DNA of 64,000 bases, taken from positions 43,836,001 through 43,900,000 of the forward strand of contig NW_024704743.1 in assembly GCF_018977255.1 (NCBI RefSeq), written 5' to 3'. The notes below the pieces were generated by a model, which saw nothing but the letters and a program-made list of their open reading frames with translations, searched no databases and was not told where the DNA came from. This document shows positions 35,797-48,159 of the stretch, in pieces (within the stretch, counting starts at the first letter, position 1; every line of letters starts with the position of its first letter). The DNA comes from Callorhinchus milii (taxonomy: Eukaryota). The position numbers and the translations under genes are program-made.

Positions 35797-36974
35797 GAAC
35801 TCACCAAATCACCCAGGTCAATCAAAACCGTTTACAAGGGAAACCAACAGACTAAATATAAAATGTGACCATTTAATGAGATCATTGATGGCATTAAATA
35901 GATGTTATTTTTAAAGATAAAAGAAATGCACTACCATTATACAAACACAATTTTGATAGCAATGGCACTGAAATTTGCAAACACAGTGTGACTTGGACCA
36001 ATTTATTTAGCAATTATGGAAAATAATAAAATGCTATGCTTTGCTCTGCACCATTTCTGGGATTTAAACTTGACATCTTCAAAGGGAAGTGGATAATTCA
36101 AGACAAGGTTGGGGTTAGCAATTAATTCAGCATATATCCAATGTAATATTTATGTCTTACCATCAAAGATGGAGTTGACAGAGGAATGTAATGGGGCGCA
36201 ATTGCCATGAAATGGGCTGAGATTTAGATTTCTGTACAGTCTACTTCTATTTTAAAAAATTGCTGTTGTGTTTGTACCTCTAATTTTTTCCCATGTTATA
36301 AAATACACAACTACGACAATTTACACTGACACAAGTACACAGGTAGATGAAAACTAAAAGATTGAAGATATGTAAGGATAATGCAGAGCAGTGGGAATGA
36401 ATAAAAAGTGTGCTCTGAGAGCTGGTGCAGATTGGCCGAATGGTGGAATGGCCTCCTTTTCCACTGGTAATTTCTATGGTCGTATAATTTTAGCACTCAG
36501 ACAAGTTCAGAGAGTGAGAGATGAATGTGTGATTGTCAGTGAGAAACAGTCATTTCCAATTACAGACAGGAGGAATGGAGGAACCCAGAGTGTATTTTCT
36601 TGGTCAGTGTAAACTCCCTCCTTGCTTGTTATTTTGTCAATAGGCACAAAAGAAAATGCCCAGAGGAATATTACAGAGAATATCTTAACCTTAAAACTGG
36701 AGCAATGAAAATATCTGGAAATGGAAAGGATGAGATATTTCTGCACTGCAAAATTAGTAAAACAGGAGTTTCACAAAAGGCAAATCATCTCACCAGCATG
36801 TGCACCTGAGACTAAACAAAGTCAAGCAAAATCTGAAACAACAATAGTTTGTAATAATAATAATAAAAACAACAATTAATATAAAGCTGTTCATGTCGAG
36901 AAGAAGTCTCAAAGCACTTCACAGGACTGTGTATTTTTGTGTCTTCTGTATTCAACACTCCAATCTTGTGCTTG

Positions 36975-37422
36975 GGGTGTATTGCATTGTTGGACATTCA
37001 GTCCTTCAGATGAGACTTTAAACTAAGGGTCCATCTGCCTATTTAGATGGAAGTTAAAGATCCCATGGCATTATTTAAAAAGAGAAGGAAGTTTCTCCTG
37101 GTGTCCTGGCCAACAATCTCCGAATCAAAATGGTCACTCACTTCATGACTGTTTGTGGGTCTTTGCTGTGGCAAAATGGGGAGAATAAATTTCCAGGGCT
37201 ATGGGGAGAAAGCCAGGGAGTGGGATTGATTTGGATAGCCGGCATAGACATGAAGGGCTGAATTGTCTCCTTCTGTGCTGTATAATTTATGTTTCTATGA
37301 ACATTGGCTGCCACATTTGCCAACAAATACAATCATTACACTTCGAAGAAAAATCCTGTGAAGCACTTTAAGATATCTCAACAACATGATAAGGCACTAT
37401 ATTAAATGCAAGAAATATTATT
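36975..37422 (+). mobile_element. Deu-domain SINE with nested CR1 3' end (about 37180-37300)
   Basis: cttcagatgagactttaaactaagggtccatctgcc...gtgtcctggccaacaatc; SINE breaks at gcaaaatgg and resumes at cattggctgcc. Confidence 0.8.
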
Positions 37423-37707
37423 GTAGGATTTTTATTATACTATGAAGGTACAAATCACATTTCTTCTGAAACCAGCATATCTAGGTTGTGTTAGGAGCAC
37501 AGTGCCAGCACTGACACTACATGTCTTACAGTATTACAAACATGTTTCCCATGTTTTGTGGATGAGTTTGTTTAAGACTCAAGACCACGGGGGATACTAA
37601 TTATCCCAACAGTGAATTGCACAAAAGAGTCATTTTTCTCTCTATGTTGCTGAACATCATACATCTTTCAAAATATTCGTGCAGAAGATAGATTTTTAAA
37701 ATAATTC

Positions 37708-39627
37708 TACAACAAAAACAACAACACAATTACATTTGTATAGTGCCTTTCACATCGGGATGATGTCCCAAGGCGCTGAACAGTCAGTATTTCAGATCCG
37801 AACTGGAGGTCGGGATTGGGGAGGGTGGAGGGCAGCGGGGGGGAAGCAGGGTGATCGAAAGCACAGTCGAAAAGGGGGTCTTGAGATGAGTCTTGAAGGA
37901 GACAAAGGAGGGGGTGAGGTGGTGGGACTATGAGATGGAGTTCCAGAGGGTAGGGGCAGAGTGGCAGAAGGCCCACCCGCCAATGGTGGGGCGAGCAAGG
38001 TGGGGGACGTGAAGCAGCCCAGAGCCCACTGAGCAGAGGGAGCGAGCAGGATGGTAGGGGTTAGGAGGTTGCAGAGGTAGGGAGCAGGGCCATGGAGGGC
38101 TTTGAAGGATCGTGAACTGTATCCTCTGTGTGATGGGAAGCCAGTGGAGTCGGGCGAGGATGGGTGTGATAGGGTCACGGAGCCTGGTGCAGGCGAGGAC
38201 ACGGGCTGCAGAGTTCTGAATGATCTGCAGCCCATGGAGGGAGGACTTGGGGAGACCGACAAGCAAGGAGTTTGCATAATCAAGTCTCTGTGTTATGGAT
38301 GATTATATGAGGGTTTCGGCAGCTTGAGGTGGAGATAGTGGTGGAGCCAGGCAATGTTGCAGAGGTGGGGGATGGCAGAGCGGGTCATGGCATGGATGTA
38401 GGATCAAAATGATAGTTGAGGGTCAAACAAGACACCAGGCTCCAGACTGGCTTAGTAAGGTGGAGTGTGCAACCATGGATGGTGCTGTCATCGCCCGAGG
38501 TGTGGAGGCGCTGACGGGAGCCAATCAGGAGAGCCTCAGTCTTGTTGATGCTTAACTAAAGAAAATTAACTCTCATCCAGGACTTGATGTCTGACAGACA
38601 TTCTGTCAGGACAGCAGTGGTCCTGGAGTCAAGGGTGGAGGCAGAGAGGTAGAGTTGGGTGTCATCCACATACATGTGAAAGTTGACCCCATGTCTGTGG
38701 ATGATGTTACCAAGAGAGAGCATATAGTTATTGAAGAGGAGGGGACCAAGGCCAGAGCCCTGAAACGCCGCACAAGACAGTGCAGGGACCAGAAGAGAAA
38801 CCGTTTGTGGGGATGGTGGAGGCGGTGTGAGAGGGAGGATCTGAACCATTCAAGGACAGAACCGTGAAGGTTGAGGTGAGAGGAGAGGCGATTGATAAGG
38901 ATAGAGTGGTCAATGTTGTCAAAGGCAGCAGAGAGGTCAAGGAGGACGAGGAGGCAGAGGGAACCCTGATCGCAGATGGACAGAATGTCATTTTTCACGT
39001 TGACCAGAGCTGCTTCTGTGCTGTTGGTGGCACGGAAACCTGATTGGGGGTGTTCGTGAACTGAGTGGCGGGAGAGGAAGGAGCGAAGTTTGGAAGCCAC
39101 AACTCGTCCAGGAACTTGGAAACGAAAGGGAGGTTGGAGATGGGGTGGCAATTTGAGAGCAGGGATGGGTCCAGGGGAGGGGTTTTAAGGATAGGAGTGA
39201 TGATGGCCATTATTAAAGGGATGGGAATAGTACCAGTAGAACATAGGAACATAGGAACAGGAGGAGGCCATTCAGTCCTTTGAGCCTGTTCCTCCATTTA
39301 GTTAGATCATGGCTGATCTGAATCTCCACTAATCCTTTCAATTTCAATTTCTCACTTTCTCCCCATATCCCTTAATACTCTGACCAACCAAAAATCTATC
39401 AACCTCACTCTTGAAGGTGGAGATGGATCCAGCATCCACGGCATTTGGGGGGAGAAAATTCCAGATTTCTACTACCCTTTGAGTGAAAAAATGCTTCCTG
39501 ATTTCACTCTTAAATGGCCTGGTTCTAATTTTAAGACCATGTCTCCTTGTTTTGGATTCCCCCTCCAGAGGAAATAACTCTGTATCTACCCTATCATGGA
39601 CAGGGAGAGGTTTATGATGTCTGTGAG
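37708..39627 (-). mobile_element. Older L2 LINE fragment, interrupted by a CR1 insertion
   Basis: [26 protein letters not shown] motifs in broken frames; (AAC)n tail at about 37708-37728; L2 homology stops at about 39237 and resumes at about 39597 (ggacagggagaggtttatgatgtc). Confidence 0.9.
39238..39596 (-). mobile_element. CR1-clade (HER1-like) LINE 3' fragment nested in L2
   Basis: Octamer tail (gaacatag)n followed by gaggaggccattcag, typical of CR1 3' ends; degenerate ORF2 C-terminus upstream. Confidence 0.8.
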
Positions 39628-40110
39628 TAGAATGGTCATTTTAAAGGATACCATTCTTAATGTAGTAAATCCGTAAATTTCCTATGAAACAGTAGTTTAA
39701 AACATGTTTACAAATCAGTGTGAGAGAAATTAAAAATCCCTTTGTATTGTTTTTGTCTAAGTGCAGACATACGTCTGTAGACTTCAGAGGGTTAATAAAC
39801 AGACACTTTACACCTAGCTTTTTATTCCTGTCTATAATAACTATTCATTACTATAATAATATAGAATGTCATTCAAGTGAAGAAAGCAAGCTCACTCCAC
39901 AGTGTGAACAGGAAATTTGGTGAGTGAGGAGATAAAATTTGACAGTGTATCAAAATTGTGATTCCTCATTTCTGCTATTGAGAATCTGGGTAAATAGCTA
40001 AGGCCTATAAAATAGGACAGCTCCGAGGTTAAAAGAGAACAGCAGAGAAACAAGATAAGGAAAAAGTGGTTCGGTGACATCTTGATTCCATTTTAAACAG
40101 CTGTATACTG

Positions 40111-40552
40111 TAATAATAATAATCCTTGCATTTGATATATCGCCATATCACGTCTTTGAGTTGTCTCAAATTGCTTCATAGAATATAATAATCCTTGCAT
40201 TTGATATAGCGCTTTTCACGTCGGGAGGACGTCCCAAAGCGCTTCACAGAACACACTGTAAAGTGAATTGACTGTATATTTGTGGGCGAACGCGGCAACC
40301 AATTGTGCACAGCAGTGATCCACAAACAGTCGTGGATTGATTGACCAAATTATTATAACAATTTTTTAAGAGATTATTACCTCCGTAAATGCAACTTGCC
40401 AATCGACTAACAACCAGATTCCTACTTACTGCTGGGTACACAAATGCGTGTGGAGTAAGGAAACTTGCCTAATGTTTCGCCCTGTCCAGGAATCTAACCC
40501 GGGTCCTCTCCCTTGCAAGGTGAGTGTTCTAACTGCTGAGCTACAGCACTCC
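40111..40552 (-). mobile_element. tRNA/CORE SINE, long form with two tandem 3' tails (composite)
   Basis: Tail 1 at 40111-40185 (diverged) and tail 2 from 40186 (young type), then body and head to 40552. Confidence 0.9.
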
Positions 40553-41851
40553 ACTGTAGGATGAGGGGAAGAAAGACCGTGTGGGGGGGGGGGGGCATGG
40601 AGTTAAGGAGTACCACAGTCTTGAAAAACAAAATCCAGTAGGGGAGAGCACAGTGCGATGAGATTTGGTTTCAACTCAGTAAGAATGAAGATCATGAAGA
40701 GCGAGAGTGTTTCATGACATAACCTCTGCTTTCTGCAGAAAATACCCAGTTCAGCACTATGACTTGCAAGAGTTGGGGTTGTGATGGGGATTCCATAAAG
40801 TTGAGATCATATGGTTTATTCTAGTTTAGCCAGGAGCTGTGTATTAGAAGCTCTAGATTGAGCAGAAATGTCCTGACTGAGATACCTATCTTGTTGCACA
40901 AGATTTGCTGAGGTCCCCAGTCTTTCTCTGGCTGTGTAAATCACAGAGCCATGAATTATGCTATGGCATTCTTTTAAGATCCTGGGGAAATACGAATTGC
41001 ATTGTGCAAAACATAGAGTCAAATTGTGTATAGGAGGCTATTGAAGTTATGATAGTACATTCTTCATGTTTGATACATTTTTCTAAAAGCATGAAAACCA
41101 TTTGTCAAGGCAACAGAAATTCGGTGCACTAGCTGAATTTCCAAAACAAATGCCTGTTGTGGCTGACTGCATACACTGAGAGATGGCCTTGCTCTCAAAC
41201 TCATTAATTAATCAAAGTAGTTTCTACTCACATAAAGCAAAGGTAATCTATGATGTTCAGAATATCATTATGTTGAATGTAGTTGAACTCGTTTATTCCA
41301 TATGCAGTTCTTAAATGATTAATGATTCATGAGGCAGAGCTATGCAGTCAGTGTGTGTGACTGAAAGGGGGAACAAGGCTGCAAGTCTAAACTGGGGCTC
41401 AAGACACTGACACACAATGAAACTGAACTTAATTACAACCTCAATGGCTAGAAACAATGGCATATGTACAATAACATAGCTACTGGCTGCTTTTGAGTCA
41501 AGTTGGCTGGGTGGAAATTGGCTCCTGCATTTGACTACAATTACAGTCACTACAGTCATTGAACAGAAATGCTTTGAGACATTTTGATGTTATAAGTGCT
41601 ATAGCAAATGCATGACTATGTACTGAATTATTTTTGGATTTCTGAAACTAGGATTAAAATATTCTGATTGCACTAGAGGTGTTCGTGTTGAATAACCCAA
41701 TAAAGGGATTACTGCAAGCACATTACTAAAAGGACTATTCACAAGGTCACAAGACTGGTTCAGATGAGATCTGCATCCCATCTGATCTCACCTTTACGAA
41801 ATACAACAATGTCAGCAACACATTTATACAGCACCCTTTCACCTTTGGAGG

Positions 41852-42215
41852 ATAATAATAATCCTTGCATTTGATATAATGCCTTATCACATGCGCTTCA
41901 CAGAATATACTGTAAAGTGAATTGACTGTATATGTTTGTGGGTGAAACACGGCAGACAATTACACACAGCAGTGTCTCACAAACAGTTGTGATAATTATT
42001 GTGGATTGAACTGATCAATTTATTATATTTTTAAGGAATTATTACCACTGGAAAAGTGATCCGCCAATCAATTAACAACCAGGTTCCTACTTACTGCTAG
42101 GCAAACAGAGGCATGTGGAGTAAGGAAACTTGCCCAACATTTCACCCTGCCAGGAATCGAACCCAAGTCATTCGCTTGCAAGGCGAGTGCTCTAACCACT
42201 GAGCTATAGGACTTC
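41852..42215 (-). mobile_element. tRNA/CORE SINE, long form, stem-loop partly deleted
   Basis: Full head and long central segment; 3' stem-loop collapsed to gccttatcacatgcgcttc. Confidence 0.9.
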
Positions 42216-42309
42216 AAATTGGCTAGGTGAAAATTGGCTGCTGCGTTTGACTACAAGTACAGTCACTACATTGAACAGAAATGCTTTAGGATGTCCCGAT
42301 GCTGAGAAT

Positions 42310-44575
42310 AATCTCCTTACCGTCCTTTCATCATAGCTTCAAGCTGTTTTTTAAAATGAATCCAGTGATCTGGCCTCAACCTCTCTTCCTATCAATATGT
42401 TTCAATCATTAGTTACTCTCTGGTAAAGAAAAACATTCTGGTATCTGTCTTGGTATCTAGTATGTATCTTGACATTCCCCTTAACAACTCTAAACCGTTG
42501 TCCTCTTATTCTACTGCTTTGGTGCATCCCTGACCCTGTCACTGCCACCTTGCGCTGGCTTAATTTTTCAATCTCATTTAAAATGGTATACATTTCTAAG
42601 AGGTCCCCTCTGAGTCTGAGGAGCCCTAGCTTATCTAATTATTGCTCATAGCACATTCACCTAACACTTGGGATCATTCAGTGAGATGTTGTCGTGATGT
42701 GAAAGGCAGTAAAGGCAACCTTCACTGCGAGGAGATGCTGGATTTCCTTGAATCCAAAATCAAGGGAATTCACTCTGCGGTCACTTCCCCTCCAACATCC
42801 ACCCACCCCCCACCCGCTCCCTCCCACACTCCGACTCCTACCCATCCTTTCGTACCCGTTTCCAAACCCTCTGTCACCAAACTCATCCTATCCCTGAAAC
42901 CCACCACCTGCTCTCTTGACCCCATCCCCACTCCTTATCTCCCAGCTCCACCTCCTTGCCCCACATATCACAGACATCGTCAACCTGTCCCTCTCCTCTG
43001 ACTCTGTTCCCATTCCCTTAAAAACTGCCACCATCACTCCCACCTTGAAAAAACCCTCCCTTGATGCGTCGCAGCTATCAAGCTACCGGCCCATCTCCAA
43101 CCTCCCCTTCCTGTCCAAGGTCCTGGAATGAGTTGTCGCCTCTCAGCTGCGCTCTTTCCTCCCACCCATTCATTATTCGAACCCCTTCAGTCTGGTTTCC
43201 GTGCTGCCCATAGCACAGAAACCGCCCTGGTCAAGGTCACCAATGACATGCTGACCATCTGTGACCAGGGCTCCCTCTGCCTCCTCGTCCTCCTCGACCT
43301 ATCAGCAGCATTCGATACGGTCGACCACGCTATCCTCCTCCACCGCTTGTCCTCCCACCTCAACCTTCAACGCCCTGTCCTTGAGTGGTTTAGGTCGTAC
43401 CTCTCCCACCGTCTTCACTTTGTTTCCACGAATGGCTTTTCCTCCTGTCTCGTGCGGTGTCCCTCAGGGCTCTGTCCTCGGTCCCCTCCTCTTCACCCTC
43501 TATATGCTCCCCCTTGGTGACATCATCCGCAGACATGGGGTTAACTTCCACATGTATGCGGATGACACCCAACTCTACCTTTCCTCCTCTACCCTCAACT
43601 CCACGACCACCGATGTCCTGACAGCCTGCCTGTCTGACATCGAGTCCTGGACGAGAGACAACTTTCTTCAGCTCAACGTGCGAAAAACTGAGGCCCTCCT
43701 GATTGGCTCACGTCAGCGCCTCCGCACCTCAGGCGCTGACACCATCAGCATCCAAGGCTACACTCTCCATCACCTCCGGAACATCGCCAGACTACGGCAC
43801 TACCTCACCCCTCACGCTGCTGAAACTCTGGTCCACGCCTTTATCACCTCAAGGCTGGACTATGGGAACTCTCTCCTCGCCGGCCTTCCCGGCACCTCCC
43901 TCCACAAGCTGCAGGTCATTCAGAACTCTGCAGCTCGTGTACTGTCCCGCACCAGGCTTCGGGACCACATCACTCCCACCCTCGCTCGCCTCCACTGGCT
44001 CCCCATCCCCCAGAGGATCGAATTCAAGATCCTCATCCTCACCTACAAGGCCATTCACGGCCTTGCTCCCTCCTACCTCTCCGACCTACTATCCCCCTAC
44101 CTACCTGCCCGTACCCTCCGTTCCTCTGGCTCCGGTCTGCTCCACATCCCCCGCCCCAACTGCCCTACCATCGGTGGCCGGGCCTTCAGCCTCTCAGCCC
44201 CGAGGCTCTGGAACTCTATCCCCCAGTGCCTTCGCCACCTCCTCCCTTTCCTCCTTCAAGGCCGGTCTCAAGACCTTTCTCTTTGACCGAGCCTTCAGCT
44301 CCCCTCTCGACTCTCTACCCCCTCCTCGCTCCCTCCCTTCCCTCCCCTCACCATTTTCCCCCGGCTCGGGGCCTGACCCAATGTACAGCGCCTTGGGACG
44401 TCCTCCCGACGTGAAAGGCGCTCTATAAATGGAATCTTGTTGTTGTAAAATATATAAGTTGTATTGTTTTAGAGCATTCTTACTGCTCACTTCTGCACTG
44501 CTTCTAGAGCCTGGGTAGCTCCCTTATACCACAGTGAACAAAACTGTATGCTGTATACGATATGTTCAGTTGTGT
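42310..44575 (-). mobile_element. CR1 fragment split into 42310-42680 and 44471-44575 by nested L2 insertions
   Basis: Right part translates HIVYSIQFCSLWYKGATQALEAVQK (CR1 [16 protein letters not shown] motif); left part continues toward the CR1 C-terminus; CATTC at both junctions. Confidence 0.7.
42716..44446 (+). mobile_element. 5'-truncated L2 LINE, same young subfamily as the 1.4-4.9 kb copy
   Basis: ORFs 42642-44286 are near-identical in protein to the first copy; several internal deletions; ends in stem-loop plus ttgttgttgt; possible TSD GTAAA (42709-42713 / 44445-44449). Confidence 0.95.
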
Positions 44576-44577
44576 TA

Positions 44578-45176
44578 CATGTAGGCTTGACTATACCAAT
44601 TCTCTGCTTGTCGGCCTCCCGAACTCTTCCCTGCAGAAGTTGCAGATCATTCAGAACCCAGCAATTCATGTTCTTTCCTGCACCAGACTCTGTGACCCAA
44701 ACACCCCCACCCTCGCCCGCTCCACTGGTTCCCCATTCCCCAGAGAATAGAGTTCAAAATCCTTATCTCACCTTCAAACCTCTCCATGGCCTTGCTCCTT
44801 CCTACCTCTGCTAACCCCATATCAACTTGTTCTCTCCCTCTGCTCAGCAGGCTCCGGCCTGCTCCACATCCCCCACATGGCCATTAGTGATCGGGCCTAC
44901 AACCTCTCTGCCCACACCCTTTGGAACTCCATCCCATAGTCCCTTCACCTCGCTCCCTCTTTTGCCTCCTTCAACTCAAGACCCTCCTCTTAGACCGCGC
45001 CTTTCGTCACCCTCCTGCCCTCCACATCTGCTGATCCCAACTACTGACGTGAAAGGCGCTCTATAAATGGAATCGTGTTGCTGTTGTTGTTGTACTGTTT
45101 GGTCCAAATCTGTCCAGCGCCTTGGGAGGTCCTCCCGATGTGAAAGATGTTTTACAAATGTAATTTGTTGTTGTTA
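44578..45176 (+). mobile_element. Older L2 3' fragment containing a nested about 46-bp young L2 tail
   Basis: RLDYTNSLLVGLP..LQIIQN motif; two successive tails (45047-45092 and 45113-45176); TACTG flanks the inner one. Confidence 0.85.
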
Positions 45177-45509
45177 TATGTATACTCCAGATGCAGACCA
45201 ATCAAGGCACTATATAATAATAATAATCCTTGCATTTGATATAATGCTTTTCATGCTGGGAGAACATGTCAAAGCTCTTCCAAGAATTTTACTGTAAAGT
45301 GTAGTGACTGCATTTTGTAGGCGAATGCTGCAGCCAATTTGCAAGAAGAAACCAGACTTTTTCTATTATTTATAGTTAACCATTCACATCAACTCTCCTT
45401 TATATTAAAACAATAGAAAATTAGATTAGTTGGTAATCTTATCATCTTCTTCAAATTTCCTTACAAATTGGTATGCAAGAAAGAATAGAACTGAAAGAGG
45501 TCATTAGGT

Positions 45510-45720
45510 CCTAAATGCTCCTTTGCCTGACAGGGTGGTGGAAGCCGATTCAATAGCAACTTTTAAGAGAGAAGTAGATAATAATTTGGGAGGACAAGTT
45601 TTCAGGGCTATGGGGAGAGAGCGGGGAGTGGGATTGATTTGGGTAGCTCTTTTTAAAGAAACGGCACAGGCCCAATGGAACAAATGGCCTCCTTCTGTAT
45701 AATTCTATGATTCTATGATT
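45510..45720 (+). mobile_element. CR1 3' end
   Basis: agggtggtggaagccgattcaatagcaacttttaagagag...aatggcctccttctg, then (ttctatga)2. Confidence 0.8.
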
Positions 45721-47029
45721 GTACTAAGGTCCTCACTAAACATACCCAATCATGAATTTCACCAAATAATTCTGATTTGCTGCACAAAGTTCTACATAGA
45801 TATTTCCTGATATAATCAAGGAAGTAATCAAGCAAAAACGCTCATCTATTCATCCTTTAACCTACACCCTCTAGTGCTTTCATGGTCCAAATCAGCCTCC
45901 ATCTGCATTATCCATTAATCTCAGTGTTTTAAAGAATTGGAAACCCGGGTAGAAATCCTGGACTGTTCAGCACCTTGGGATGTGCTCCTGATATGAAAGG
46001 CGCTATATAAATGTAAATTTGTATTGTATAGTATTGTAGTTGGATCATTTGCTTTTCTATTATCTATCAAGTACCCTCTTCAAGTCTTCAATACTGCAGG
46101 TTAAAGCAGGTTATAAAGAGTTACATTGTTTATTTCAAGGATCTAGACAATGATCACTGTGGAGCACAATGTGTTGCTTTCCAGCTTTGAACAAATTAAC
46201 AATTATTTTGTAAACAAGTTTTAAAAAAGTACTGATTTTAGGATACAAATAGGCATAGAAATAGGGAGGACAGTCACTACACCGCACAGTAAAAGCATGT
46301 GAAGCGCTTTGAGATGTTTTGATTTGGAGAAAAAGTACAAAATCAAATGCAAGGATTATTATTATTATTATTTCATATCCACAATGGGGCCAGGATTAAC
46401 CAGATTCTGTGTTTTACTTTCAACCCTTTAATAATTAATTTCAATAGACTTGTATTGCTCCTGTCCCAGACAATTTATTGGAGTGAGAAAGGCAATGCCA
46501 GACTATTGCCTCATATATTGAGCAATGGGCTGCCTGTGAAATGGGTCCAGAGTGAAGGTGAGTGGGAGTACTGTAAGTGGCTGAGGACTACTGAGTCCAT
46601 TAAACAGGACACTCCTGGCACAGAACCAAGAATGCTTCAAATTCATTTTAAACAGTAGTAGAATCAAAGTATTAATGAATACAATGCCAATAACATTAAT
46701 TAAAGAATACCGCTCCTTTAATTACACAAAAGAATCACATTTTAGCATAGAAGGCAAATGGTTTAAAAGCCTCCTGTGTAAGCAAAGTTGCTGACAGTCA
46801 ATATTTTTTTACACAAATGCACTTGCTATTTAGCTCTAGTTATTAGACTATTGATTTTCCTCAACTATGTCAGCTCTTTTTTTAATTGAAATTATATCAT
46901 TATTTTTCATAAATAAAGCAGGCAGAGAAAACCTTAGAAAACAAATCATATATTCAAGTGTGAGTAAGGTGATCATGTGCAAGGAAATAAACTGAAACTC
47001 TGTCTTACCCGCCCAAAACATCCAGAAAG

Positions 47030-47240
47030 TCTTTCCCCTTTCCTTTCCTGAAAGGGTTAGCTTATCATGGGGTAGGATCCAAAGACCTTAGATGCTCTCT
47101 CAGTCACCTTGCCCTAAAGACCACTTTTTATACGTGAGCATGATTAGTATCAGTTGGATATTCGACTATGGAGGGTGTCACAGCTGAGCCGAATGTGGCC
47201 TTAATCCAGCAGTTGTGCATTGTCAGTCGTGCCAGTAATG
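47030..47240 (-). mobile_element. Ancient tRNA-SINE relic 3' part, same family
   Basis: cctgaaaggg...ggggtaggatcca...tacgtgagc...attcgactatggagggtgtcacagctgagcc, reverse-complement similar to 21080-21200. Confidence 0.55.
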
Positions 47241-47704
47241 GTTCCCCAGAGCATCTGGGGTTTTGCAGTGCTTCACTGGACGGCAACCCAAAGCTCAGGT
47301 TTATCATTCCGAGCAGATGACCTTTATGTCGTCTGTTAATATTTTCATTTTAAACTTTGGAACATCAGGCTTGTCATCTCCATGCGGGTTGGTCACTTTT
47401 CTACGTTTGAATTGTGTTCTTTTGGCATTTTCAATGCTCAGTTTAAACAATCTGTTTTTAGTTGAACTGATTTAACCACCAGATATTATCGCCTCTTCCT
47501 CTTCAATGCCAAAACCTCATTCTATTCCAAAATCATACTGGAGGTCAAGGGCAAATCCAATTTCGCCTGGTCCACCACTAATCACTGTGTCCGTCATGGA
47601 CTAATCTGCATGACTGCATCCTTCTCCTCCTCTCCCCTGTCCACCAACCCTCTCCCTCTCCCCCTCTGTACTCTGTTATTGCCCTAGGTAAAACTGGGCA
47701 CTGC

Positions 47705-47840
47705 CTGGTTGTTTGTTGGACATTGCTGTGCACAAATTGACTGCCACATTCGCCCACAAAATACACACAGGTACAACACTTTACAGTGTAATCTGGGAAG
47801 CGCTTTGAGATGTCTCAATGATGCAATAAGCGCTATAATA
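47705..47840 (+). mobile_element. SINE 3' fragment (shared 3' module)
   Basis: gtttgttggacattgctgtgcacaaattgactgcc...gaagcgctttgagatgtctc; tail-to-tail with the next SINE. Confidence 0.8.
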
Positions 47841-47842
47841 AT

Positions 47843-48154
47843 AAATAATAATAATCCTTGCATTTGATATAGCGCTTTTCACGTCTTCTAGACGTCCCAA
47901 AGCGCTTCACAGAATATACTGTAAAGTGAATTGACTATATTTGTGGGCGAACGCGGCAGCCAATTGCGCACAGCAGTGTCCCACAAACAGTCGTGGATTG
48001 AAAATGACCAATTTATATTATTGTTTTTTTTTGGAGGGATTATTATTAGGTGTGTGGAGTAAGGAAACTTGCCCAAGGTTTCGCCCTGCCTGGAATTGAA
48101 CTCAGGTCTCTCACTTGCAAAGCGAGTGCTCTAACCACTGAGCTACAGGACTCC
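47843..48154 (-). mobile_element. tRNA/CORE SINE, short form, young, TAGAA loop
   Basis: Complete head to (ATT)n tail; loop variant gacgtctagaagacgt. Confidence 0.93.
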
Positions 48155-48159
48155 ACATC

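Noticed and set aside
48080..48154. tRNA-Ala-like sequences (also at about 1275-1348, 26490-26564, 35145-35215, 49690-49766)
   Set aside because: A/B boxes and a TGC-like anticodon loop are present, but each runs into a SINE body and lacks a proper acceptor stem; these are SINE heads, not tRNA genes.
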